A stretch of DNA of 64,000 bases from an uncultured Myxococcales bacterium (GTDB taxonomy: Bacteria > Myxococcota > B64-G9), in the NCBI GenBank assembly GCA_964513625.1, contig CAZENH010000002.1, positions 14,403 to 78,402 on the forward strand. The letters run 5' to 3'. Below the pieces are notes generated by a model that saw only the letters and a program-made list of their open reading frames with translations, was not told the DNA's origin and made no database searches. The translations under genes were made by a program, and so were the position numbers. Numbering within the stretch: the first letter of the stretch is position 1; each line of letters starts with the position of its first letter. This document shows, piece after piece, positions 18,822 through 27,524 of the stretch.

Positions 18822-19600
18822 GCTTCTCCGGCTGGATGGAGAGAATGCGTAAGAAGAAACACCTGCGTGACATTCGGCGTCACCGGAAACATATCAAGAG
18901 CAGGTTTGGGCAGGGAGAAGATCGCTACAGGGCAGTGCAGTACTTCAAGGAGTTGGGAGGTCTGGAAGGCTCTCAGGGATTGCTTGAACGCTTCATGGTA
19001 AATGTCGAACCCAGTATCAAGGATGAAGAGGAGAAACAGAGCGTCTTCGATATCCTGGTCGGTCTCGGCAATCAAGTAATACCTGCCATTGAAACTTATC
19101 TGAATCGTAAAGATTCCGCCAGCGTACCGATAACCTGGCCGCTGAAAGTACTCAGCGCCGTTGCCGAACCGCAGGAAGCTGTCGAGGTCATTAAAAGAGC
19201 ACTCGAGAACCAGGGCACCAGCTATACCCGTGAGCCTGAGCGCAAGGTGTTGCTGGTTTCGCAACTGGCAGAGTACGACCATCCCGACGTTGTTCCGGCC
19301 TTGATTCCATTTCTGCGTGATCACCGTGACGAAGTTCAACTAGAGGCTCTTGCGGCCCTGACCAACAGGCAGGACGAGACGGCTCGCGAGGCGGTATTGG
19401 AGCTACTGGTAGAAGAGGAAACACCGGCCAGGCTGCGAGCAGCGATTGCCGAGGCTTTGTCCAAGCTAGGCTGGACGGTCAAGGGCTACAGAAGAAAAGT
19501 TGAAGCGGCTCTCCCTGAGGGGCTTCACGTGGATCGTTCAGGCAGGATTAAGGGCCGCTGGAGACACGCAATGGCGGGGGCTGGCGATGAAGAAGGCTGA
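18818..19600 (+). CDS. Hypothetical alpha-helical (HEAT-repeat-like) protein
   Basis: ATG 18818 overlaps the upstream stop. Helical-repeat composition. No catalytic motif recognised. Confidence 0.5.
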   Translation: MSFSGWMERMRKKKHLRDIRRHRKHIKSRFGQGEDRYRAVQYFKELGGLEGSQGLLERFMVNVEPSIKDEEEKQSVFDILVGLGNQVIPAIETYLNRKDSASVPITWPLKVLSAVAEPQEAVEVIKRALENQGTSYTREPERKVLLVSQLAEYDHPDVVPALIPFLRDHRDEVQLEALAALTNRQDETAREAVLELLVEEETPARLRAAIAEALSKLGWTVKGYRRKVEAALPEGLHVDRSGRIKGRWRHAMAGAGDEEG

Positions 19601-20615
19601 GCGACTCCTCGACCAGATCGCATTCTTGCTAAACTCCCGTCGGCCGGTGACTTTTAGCGAGATACAGAATGCCTTTCCAGAAGACTACCGTGACGGGCAA
19701 GAAGAGGCCATCGCCCGCAAGTTCGAGAGGGACAAGGCCGATATTATCGAATTGGGAGTGCCGCTACGCTACGTACAAGAAGATGAAGCCGACAGCGGTG
19801 GATACATAATCGACAGGGAAGGCTACTCGTTGCCGCCTTTAGATCTGGCGCCCGAGGAATTGGCCATGCTGTATTTGGCTGGAATCGCGGTGTTGCAGAT
19901 GGACGACTCACCGTTCTCGCGAGATCTTGTAATGGCCTTGAACAAGATTGGTTTCGCGATCGGCGAGGGAGATGGTGTCAGGCAGCCTGTACTGCGAAGT
20001 ATGCCAACAAATAACCTGGGGGATGCCAGTGCATTGAGACGCAAGGAGTACCTGTCTTCTTTACACCGGGCAATAAGCCAGAGGAAGAACACAATTATTT
20101 TTTACCATTCACTCTGGAAAAACGAACAAACCAAGCGCACGGTGGATCCCTATGGATTGACCTACGTTCAGGGCAAGTGGTTCCTGGTAGGTTTCTGCCA
20201 CCTGCGCAAAGCCGTGAGGGTATTTCACGTAGATCGCATCACAGGTCTTGAGGTCAACCGTTTCAAACCCAAGTCTCCTGACTTCGAGTTTCCGAAAGAC
20301 TTCAGCCTGGCTGAGCACGTAGCCAGGCATCCCTGGGAAATCAGGGCTCACGAACCGCTCGAAGTAATGATGCGTTTCGAGCCGCCCGGTGCTAGTGCGG
20401 CGGTGGCTGAATTAGGCAGGTCAGCAGAATGCGTCGAGCAGGACGACGGGGCCATGATTGTGAAATTGTCGGTAACCTTCGCAGATGGCCTGATTCCAAC
20501 CATGCTCTGGCACCGGCACCGGGCCCGGGTGATGTCACCTCCAGAAATTGTCGACAAGGTCAAGGCCGCTCTTTTGAGAATTTCGGCAGACGAAGCAGCA
20601 GGCGGTGCAGTCTGA
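19587..20615 (+). CDS. WYL-domain transcriptional regulator (PafB/PafC-like: HTH + WYL + WCX)
   Basis: N-terminal HTH (LLDQIAFLLNSRRPVTFSEIQ). WYL region (IIFYHSLWKNEQTKRTVDPYGLTYVQGKWFLVGFCHLRKAVRVFHVDRI). Start chosen at the internal ATG 19587. Confidence 0.7.
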   Translation: MKKAERLLDQIAFLLNSRRPVTFSEIQNAFPEDYRDGQEEAIARKFERDKADIIELGVPLRYVQEDEADSGGYIIDREGYSLPPLDLAPEELAMLYLAGIAVLQMDDSPFSRDLVMALNKIGFAIGEGDGVRQPVLRSMPTNNLGDASALRRKEYLSSLHRAISQRKNTIIFYHSLWKNEQTKRTVDPYGLTYVQGKWFLVGFCHLRKAVRVFHVDRITGLEVNRFKPKSPDFEFPKDFSLAEHVARHPWEIRAHEPLEVMMRFEPPGASAAVAELGRSAECVEQDDGAMIVKLSVTFADGLIPTMLWHRHRARVMSPPEIVDKVKAALLRISADEAAGGAV

Positions 20616-21598
20616 TGGCTGATCTCCATGAGAGATTGCGCACGCTTCTTTTTCTCGTGCCCTATGTGGTCAGGCACCGGGGTGTGCCCATCGAAGACCT
20701 GACACGTCGATTGGGAATCTCCGAACAGGAGCTAATGAAGGAAATCGACTTTTTGCTGATGGTCGGCAGGCCGCCGTTTCTACCGAACGACATGATAGAC
20801 ATCTATCACGAGGGAGGCCGGGTTTTCGTAGACCTGCACCAATCTCTGGAGAACCCGCCGGGTTTAACGGTGTTCGAGGCCCTGGCCCTGGCTACAGCGG
20901 CTCGCATGTTTACAGATCAAGAATCTATGGGTGAAGCGGCGGTGGCTGTAAAGGTTGCCGTGGACAAGATTGTCGCCTCATTACCGGATGATGCCCGCGG
21001 GCTTTTTAACGACTTGGCCGGGCACTTCATGTTGTTGCTGGGTGAGAGTGAAAACAAGTTCTTGTCCACGCTCAAACAAGCGATCGACGAACGCCTGGAA
21101 GTAGAGTTGCAATACTACTCGGCCAGCAGGGGAGAGGCTACCAATCGTACCGTGCGACCTTACGGGCTGCATCACCACATGGGTTTGTGGTATTTGGCGG
21201 CCTACTGCACAACACGCAAGGCCGAGCGAGTTTTTCGATTGTCGCGGATAACACAGGCCGGGCTGACAGAACGAATTTTCGATCCTCCGGCCGGATTCGA
21301 CGTTGTCTCGTTCATCAAGAAAAGCTTGACCGTTCCAGATCGAGGCGAAAGCGAGGTAGTTATCAGCTTCGAGCCGGCGGTTGCTCGCTGGGTTCGCGAA
21401 CACTGGGGTGACGATTATGTCGAACGGACACCAAGCGGCGGAGTTATTGCCAGGTTACATGATATATCCGACGAGTATGTCTTGTCTTATGTAGCCTCGT
21501 TCGGAGGGCAAGCGAAGATAGAGGCACCCAAGGAATTACAGATAAAGCTGAAAGAACAGGCGCGGACAGCCCTGGAAGCTTACGCTTCCGGCGTATGA
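20615..21598 (+). CDS. Second WYL-domain transcriptional regulator, translationally coupled to the first (TGATG overlap)
   Basis: HTH (LHERLRTLLFLVPYVVRHRGVPIEDLTRRLGISEQEL). WYL region (LQYYSASRGEATNRTVRPYGLHHHMGLWYLAAYCTTRKAERVFRLSRI). Confidence 0.7.
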   Translation: MADLHERLRTLLFLVPYVVRHRGVPIEDLTRRLGISEQELMKEIDFLLMVGRPPFLPNDMIDIYHEGGRVFVDLHQSLENPPGLTVFEALALATAARMFTDQESMGEAAVAVKVAVDKIVASLPDDARGLFNDLAGHFMLLLGESENKFLSTLKQAIDERLEVELQYYSASRGEATNRTVRPYGLHHHMGLWYLAAYCTTRKAERVFRLSRITQAGLTERIFDPPAGFDVVSFIKKSLTVPDRGESEVVISFEPAVARWVREHWGDDYVERTPSGGVIARLHDISDEYVLSYVASFGGQAKIEAPKELQIKLKEQARTALEAYASGV

Positions 21599-21628
21599 TC
21601 AGACGAAAACGCGACACAGGAGGATAAG

Positions 21629-23476
21629 ATGCCTACGGAATTCTCTGTAAACAAGCGGGACATTCAATTCGTACTTTACGAACAGCTCAGAGTTGAAGAT
21701 CTGTGCAAGCTGCAGGCATTTGGTGAATGCAACCGCGAATTGTTCGAAATGGTTATCGACGAGGCAATAAAAATCGGCCTCGAGGTTCTGGCGCCGCTCA
21801 ACTCTGTGGGTGACCGGCAGGGATTGATTTTCGAAAAAGGCAAGGTCACAATGCCCGAGGGTTTCAAGGAAGCCTTCAAAAAATTCGCCGAGGGTGGTTG
21901 GATAGGTATGGTACACAACCCGGACTTCGGCGGGCAAGGCTTGCCGAACGTGCTTAAATTTATGTCCTGGGAGGTATTCGCCGGCGCGAATGTTTCGCTG
22001 TTTCTGACCGCCATTCTGGCAGAAGGTGCCTCGCATCTGATCGAGGCCTTTGGTAGCGATGAGCTCAAAAAAATTTATTGCGAAAAAATCTACTCCGGTG
22101 AATGGACTGGAACCATGTGCCTGACAGAGCCGGCCGCCGGCTCGGACGTCGGCAATCTCAAGACCAGCGCCAAGAAGAACGGCGATCACTACTTGATAAA
22201 CGGCAACAAGATCTTCATAAGCGCCGGCGAACACAATATGTCGTCAAACATCATCCACCCGGTGCTGGCCAGAATCGAAGGCGCCCCTCCGGGGACAAAG
22301 GGTATTAGCCTGTTCTTGGTGCCGAAGTTTTTAGTGGGCGATGACGGCTCGATCCAAGAGCCCAATGATCTTTCGTGCGGCAATATTGAGCACAAGATGG
22401 GTATCAAGGCCTCACCAACCTGCACCATGAATTTCGGCGACGAGGGAAAATGCAAAGGCTGGTTGCTTGGAGAAGAGAACACCGGCATGCGCCAAATGTT
22501 TCAGATGATGAACGAGGCCAGGCTGGGTGTGGGTATCCAGGGTTTGGGACTGGCCGCGGCCGGTTACAACAGCGCTCTGGGCTATGCCCAGGAGCGTACC
22601 CAGGGGGCCAGCCTGCGCGCAGGAAAAGACCCCCAGGCACCTCGCGCGCCGATAATCGAGCACCCGGACATTCGCCGGATGCTGATGTACATGAAAAGCC
22701 TGGTAGACGGCATGCGTTCTTTGATGTATTCGGTGGCACGCTTCGCAGATCTTTCCGAGCATGCTGCTGACGATGCGCAACGCGAAAGTAACGCTCACCT
22801 GGTTGAACTGCTGACGCCAATCTGCAAGGCATATGGATCGGATATGGGTTTCAGGGTCAACGAATGCGCCATTCAGGTTTACGGCGGCTACGGCTACTGT
22901 CAAGAGTACCCGGTGGAGCAGTACTGCCGTGATCAGAAGATCTCCTCGATCTACGAGGGAACCAACGGCATCCAGGCAATCGATTTGCTTGGGCGCAAGG
23001 TGGCCGGAAAGGGAGGGCAGTATTTCAAGGAGTTCATGGCATTGGTTGCCGGCTTCATCGAGAAGAACAAGGACAACCGGGCGACGGGGCCCCTGTGCGC
23101 CAAGCTTGGCGTCGCTATGAAACTGCTTATCGAAACCACGCAGGACTTGGGAGCCAAGCTGGGTAAAGATACTGAGGCGGCCTTACTTCAGGCAAGCCCC
23201 TACCTGCGAATGTTCGGGCACGTTGTAATTGCCTACTTCCTGCTTGACGCCGCCGTGGTTGCCAGCGACAAGCTCGAAGCCATCTGCGAGGAAAAAGGCG
23301 CCGTGGATGACAAGGCACGCGCCGAGTTACTTGGCCAAAACAGCGAGGCTGCCTTCTACCATGCGCGTGTAGCCTCGGCCCGCTTCTTCGTGCACAATAT
23401 TCTGCCGGAAGTAGGTTCCTTGAAGGAAGCTATCATCTCCGTGGACAAGGCGGCGCTCGAAGTACAGTTTTCTTAA
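21629..23476 (+). CDS. Long-form acyl-CoA dehydrogenase (615 aa)
   Basis: ACAD signature MCLTEPAAGSDVGNLKTSAKKNGDHYLINGNKIFISAGEH. C-terminal catalytic region …IQVYGGYGY…IYEGTNGIQ. Confidence 0.85.
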   Translation: MPTEFSVNKRDIQFVLYEQLRVEDLCKLQAFGECNRELFEMVIDEAIKIGLEVLAPLNSVGDRQGLIFEKGKVTMPEGFKEAFKKFAEGGWIGMVHNPDFGGQGLPNVLKFMSWEVFAGANVSLFLTAILAEGASHLIEAFGSDELKKIYCEKIYSGEWTGTMCLTEPAAGSDVGNLKTSAKKNGDHYLINGNKIFISAGEHNMSSNIIHPVLARIEGAPPGTKGISLFLVPKFLVGDDGSIQEPNDLSCGNIEHKMGIKASPTCTMNFGDEGKCKGWLLGEENTGMRQMFQMMNEARLGVGIQGLGLAAAGYNSALGYAQERTQGASLRAGKDPQAPRAPIIEHPDIRRMLMYMKSLVDGMRSLMYSVARFADLSEHAADDAQRESNAHLVELLTPICKAYGSDMGFRVNECAIQVYGGYGYCQEYPVEQYCRDQKISSIYEGTNGIQAIDLLGRKVAGKGGQYFKEFMALVAGFIEKNKDNRATGPLCAKLGVAMKLLIETTQDLGAKLGKDTEAALLQASPYLRMFGHVVIAYFLLDAAVVASDKLEAICEEKGAVDDKARAELLGQNSEAAFYHARVASARFFVHNILPEVGSLKEAIISVDKAALEVQFS

Positions 23477-23510
23477 GACTGTTTTTAATAAATGTCTTTT
23501 GAGACGGGCA

Positions 23511-24029
23511 CTACTTTACCACGTTCACATCGACTCTGACTTTGAAGACCAGTTTGATACCCACGGCGTCGGGCGGGAGCGGGTTCAACTTGGCATCAAC
23601 GTCGACCCTCATGTTGCCGGCATTCAGGTAGGGTTTCAAATCGAGTTGGGATTCGACGTTCAAATCGACGCGAGTGCTTCCCGCGACGATGGGATCGGCC
23701 CAAGCCAGGCGAGTTGGCTGCATGCCGTCGGCTCCCAGGTTGAATTCCAGTTTCTCGAAAAAAGACAGATCCTTCGTCAAGCCGCCCTGGGTAGTCATTT
23801 CGAGCGATCCAGTCAGCACGCGCATTGAGTCGACGTCGTTCGGGTCGACTCCCTGGTCTGACAGGGCGTTATCCAGACTGGAACCGAAGTTGCCAAGGCC
23901 TGGTACATTGACGCCGGCCATGCCGACCAGTCCTTCCTCGCTGACGCTGAACTCGACGACATCAAGCCCGCAGGAACAGAAAAACGTAGCCGCGAAGATC
24001 GCAAAGATGAAGGATGATAACCGGATCAT
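23511..24029 (-). CDS. Hypothetical lipoprotein
   Basis: Signal plus lipobox (MIRLSSFIFAIFAATFFCSCG). Convergent with the ACAD gene. The overlapping plus-strand ORFs lack any signal. Confidence 0.5.
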   Translation of the reverse strand: MIRLSSFIFAIFAATFFCSCGLDVVEFSVSEEGLVGMAGVNVPGLGNFGSSLDNALSDQGVDPNDVDSMRVLTGSLEMTTQGGLTKDLSFFEKLEFNLGADGMQPTRLAWADPIVAGSTRVDLNVESQLDLKPYLNAGNMRVDVDAKLNPLPPDAVGIKLVFKVRVDVNVVK

Positions 24030-24214
24030 TATTTGTCACCCTGAGTTGGACAATTGCCTAGAAACCAGTTTGGCAGACCAACAGGTCTGCGGTCAAACGA
24101 AAAGGCGGATATACAGGTTTTGGCACAATAAGTCAGTGTTTGACAGTGGTTAGGCTTGGGGCTAGGATAATCCCGTTCGTAGCGCCGGTTTACGTTCCGG
24201 CTTGAAGGTATTAG

Positions 24215-24565
24215 ATGCCTGATAGTGCCAAATATAATGAAAAGAGAAGGGCTCCACGAGCTCCTATCGGGATAATTGTTCGCATCGAAACCGAAAGCGG
24301 CGGACGGCACTATTATTCTCGCAACCTCAGCGCCAGTGGAGCTTTCCTCTTGGCGGAAGAACCGCTGGACGAGGAAACCCTGGTTGATTTGGAAATGTTT
24401 TTGCCTCTGGTCAGTTCGCCGGTCAAAGCGCGCGGCGAAGTCGTCTGGCACCAGCGGCAAGATCCCAGCGGTTTTGCAGTCAAGTTTACCGAGATCAGCG
24501 AGGGGGCTCAGAAGCTGATTCGCTGGGTGGTAGAACGCTATCTGGGCAAACCGCAAGGAAAGTAG
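24215..24565 (+). CDS. Stand-alone PilZ-domain (c-di-GMP-binding) protein
   Basis: RRAPRAP (RxxxR) and NLSASGAFL (D/NxSxxG) motifs in PilZ spacing. 116 aa. Confidence 0.65.
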   Translation: MPDSAKYNEKRRAPRAPIGIIVRIETESGGRHYYSRNLSASGAFLLAEEPLDEETLVDLEMFLPLVSSPVKARGEVVWHQRQDPSGFAVKFTEISEGAQKLIRWVVERYLGKPQGK

Positions 24566-24570
24566 GCGGC

Positions 24571-27492
24571 ATGCTCCAGCGCAGGACATTTGCAGTCATT
24601 CTTGCCTGCTGTGCTTTATTGTTTTCTACGAGTGAAATCCGGGCCGGGGGCTGGGAGTGGCAACGGCCACGAACACATGCTCATGATTTGCTGTCAATCT
24701 TTGTAGCCGGCCAGAAGGGCGTTGCGGTGGGCCTGGATGGGGCGGCCGTATACACACTGGATGGCGGCGCAACCTGGCTAGTGGGCGGTGTCTCGGGGCG
24801 ACCCGACTTACGGTCGTTGGCCATGCTGGATGGCATCAGCGGTTGGGCTGTCGGCAACGGCGGCGTCGTATTGGGTACCAGTGACGCAGGTAAACACTGG
24901 CATCCTTTCTGGTCGGGAGTTGACACCGATCTTTACGGTGTCTCGTTCGTGCATCCGCAGGTAGGCTGGATCGCCGGTGACGCGGGAACGGTATTGCACA
25001 CAATCGATGCCGGGCGGGCCTGGATCTCGCAACAAACACAAGCTTATCAGGATCTGCGGTCGATTAAGTTCGTTGACGGGCTGCAGGGTGCCGCGGTCGG
25101 CGAGGGCGGAGCTGTACTGGTGACTGCCGACGGCGGACAGCACTGGACAAGGCTCAGCGGCGACACATACTACACTTTGCGTGACGTGACCCTCACGGAT
25201 GCCTTTCATATAATTGCGGTCGGCAACAATGGAACGATTACGCTGACAACGGACGGCCAGAGCTTCCAGCGAAATGACAACCTTGCGGATTTGACAATTC
25301 GCAACCTGACCTCGGTGGCCCAAGCTGATCCTGCACATGTGGTTGTCGTAGGTGACCAGGGCATTTTGCTTGTCAGCGCTGACGGCGGCCAGAACTGGGA
25401 GAAGCGTGAGTCGGGCACTACGGCTGACCTCAAGTCAGTCTGGTTCGAGAACTCCGAGCGGGGCTGGATAAGCGGCGCAGGCGGAATCGTGCTGCGGACA
25501 ATCGACGCTGGAGCAAACTGGGAATTGCTATCGGATCCACCAGCGCCATGGATCAGGGCAATAGTATTTGCTGACGCACAACACGGCTGGGCGGCAGGAG
25601 ACCAGGGCGCCATCTGGTCGACATCCGATGGCGGCAACAGCTGGAACCGGCTTGAGTCACCGACCAGCGGACGCATTTCGGCTCTGGCAGCGGTTGACGA
25701 GCATCACCTGTGGGCCGTGGGCGCCTCGGAGTTCGGTGGTGGGCGTATACTCGCAAGTGCAGATGGAGGCGCGAGTTGGCAGTTACAGGTCGTAGAGTCG
25801 CCTCAGGCTTTTTACGGGATCTACTTTCCCGATGCAACCAATGGTTGGGCGGTTGGATACGCCGGAGTAATCTGGCACACGAGTGACGCTGGGCTGAATT
25901 GGGCCGCTCAGCAATCGGCGACTTCCCAGTGGTTGAGAAGTGTCTTCTTCATAGACAGTCAGTCGGGTTTGGCGGTGGGTGATGGAGGTGCGCTGCTTTC
26001 GACAAAAGACGGAGGAAGTAGCTGGCAGCTTCTTGCAAGCAACACGCAGAAAGACTTACTGGCAATCGATTTCAGCGACGATCAGCATGGCTGGATAGTC
26101 GGCAGGCAGGGTGTCATGCTGGTGAGTTCAGACGCTGGTGCGAGTTGGCAAACGGCTACAACAGTGACTGATGATGATCTGTCAGCAGTATCTTTTCCGA
26201 CTACTGAAAGGGGTTTTGTGGCAGGTGAGGGAGGGTTGGTGTTGTCGAGCAGGGATGGGGGTTTGACATGGTTCAGGCAGTATGTCCCTTTTTCTCAATC
26301 TGTCATGGCAATAGACTTCGTTGATGCCGAGACAGGCTGGGCGGCTGGCGCAGGCGGCGCGATCCTTTTTACTTCAGGCGGAGGATGCGCGCAGCACGAC
26401 CCGTGCAATGGTCTGGATGATGACTGTGACGGCGAGACGGACGAGGAGTTCAGTCCGTTTGATTGCCGCATCCTTGCCTGCCCGGGAGAGACGCTGTGTT
26501 CGGATGGGATCGAGACATGTCCAGCGCCGGAATCGGCCGGAGCGGAGATCTGCGATGGTATAGACAACGATTGCAATGGCCTCGTGGACGATGGAGCGTT
26601 GTGCGGCGGCGACATGGTTTGCATCTGCGGAGCATGTGCCCAGGCCTGCCCCGACAAGACCTGCCCCACGCAAGATCGTGTCTGCCGAGGCGGATGGTGT
26701 GTATCGCCCTGCTGCGGAGTGCGTTGTGAGGGCAACCAGTCATGTGTGACGGATGGAAGCTGTGCGGACGTCTGCGAGACTCAAGCCATCCAATGTGAGG
26801 CGGGCTATGAGTGTCGTATGGGAGAGTGTGTCGAAGAAGATTGTCAGACTGTCGGCCACGAGTGTACCAGCGGAGAGATATGCGTCGGCGACTCCTGTTT
26901 ATCGGATGCTTGTTACCTAAAGTCGTGCGCCCAGAGCGAATATTGTAGCCAGGGCAATTGCTTGTCCCCGGCCTGCGGTTTTTGCCGGCCTGATGAAATC
27001 TGCCTGGACGGGGAGTGCCTGCGCAGCCTGTGCGCCGGGATGTCCTGCGCGGCAGCGGGACAACTGTGTATCGATAACCAGTGCGCGGCCGATCCCTGTG
27101 AACAGGTCTACTGTTCTCAGGGTTACATGTGCCGGAAGGGCGTCTGCGTACCGGACGCCTGTCAGCATCTGAGCTGTCCGTTGGGTACTGAGTGCCAGGA
27201 GGGCACCTGCGTGATACCGGTCGAAGACCGTGACGGCGGCATAGACGCAGGTCGGGACGCAGGCGACCTCGACGGCGGCGAGGCCGAGGCGGATACCCAG
27301 CCTGACGGCGCTGACGGCATTGACGATGGCAACCCGGCCTATGACCTGGACGGAAAGGGGTCTACAGGCTGCGGTTGCAACTCGGGCAGGCGCGGTAATG
27401 GCTGGATTTTCATATTGTTGTTATTGCCGCTTTTCTTCCGAAGAGCCCGTTTTTTTAGGACCTATTGTAAAATCCCTGTCGAAGATGTATGA
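24571..27492 (+). CDS. Large secreted protein: Ycf48/BNR-like beta-propeller repeats, then a Cys-rich region, then a MYXO-CTERM-like tail
   Basis: Signal peptide. More than 10 repeats of the D/SGGxSW / GxxGxxxxTxDGGxxW type. C-terminal C-x-x-C rich modules. Terminal GCGCNSGRRGNGWIFILLLLPLFFRR (Cys-Gly-Cys, hydrophobic, basic). Confidence 0.8.
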   Translation: MLQRRTFAVILACCALLFSTSEIRAGGWEWQRPRTHAHDLLSIFVAGQKGVAVGLDGAAVYTLDGGATWLVGGVSGRPDLRSLAMLDGISGWAVGNGGVVLGTSDAGKHWHPFWSGVDTDLYGVSFVHPQVGWIAGDAGTVLHTIDAGRAWISQQTQAYQDLRSIKFVDGLQGAAVGEGGAVLVTADGGQHWTRLSGDTYYTLRDVTLTDAFHIIAVGNNGTITLTTDGQSFQRNDNLADLTIRNLTSVAQADPAHVVVVGDQGILLVSADGGQNWEKRESGTTADLKSVWFENSERGWISGAGGIVLRTIDAGANWELLSDPPAPWIRAIVFADAQHGWAAGDQGAIWSTSDGGNSWNRLESPTSGRISALAAVDEHHLWAVGASEFGGGRILASADGGASWQLQVVESPQAFYGIYFPDATNGWAVGYAGVIWHTSDAGLNWAAQQSATSQWLRSVFFIDSQSGLAVGDGGALLSTKDGGSSWQLLASNTQKDLLAIDFSDDQHGWIVGRQGVMLVSSDAGASWQTATTVTDDDLSAVSFPTTERGFVAGEGGLVLSSRDGGLTWFRQYVPFSQSVMAIDFVDAETGWAAGAGGAILFTSGGGCAQHDPCNGLDDDCDGETDEEFSPFDCRILACPGETLCSDGIETCPAPESAGAEICDGIDNDCNGLVDDGALCGGDMVCICGACAQACPDKTCPTQDRVCRGGWCVSPCCGVRCEGNQSCVTDGSCADVCETQAIQCEAGYECRMGECVEEDCQTVGHECTSGEICVGDSCLSDACYLKSCAQSEYCSQGNCLSPACGFCRPDEICLDGECLRSLCAGMSCAAAGQLCIDNQCAADPCEQVYCSQGYMCRKGVCVPDACQHLSCPLGTECQEGTCVIPVEDRDGGIDAGRDAGDLDGGEAEADTQPDGADGIDDGNPAYDLDGKGSTGCGCNSGRRGNGWIFILLLLPLFFRRARFFRTYCKIPVEDV

Positions 27493-27524
27493 AAAGATAA
27501 TCTCTGCTGACAGGGGAGGGTTTC

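Noticed and set aside
24133-24160. TGGCAC…N5 motif upstream of PilZ as a sigma-54 promoter
   Set aside because: The -12 element (TTGC) is absent in the right spacing. A sigma-70-like TTGACA-17-TAGGAT is the more plausible promoter, and even that is weak.
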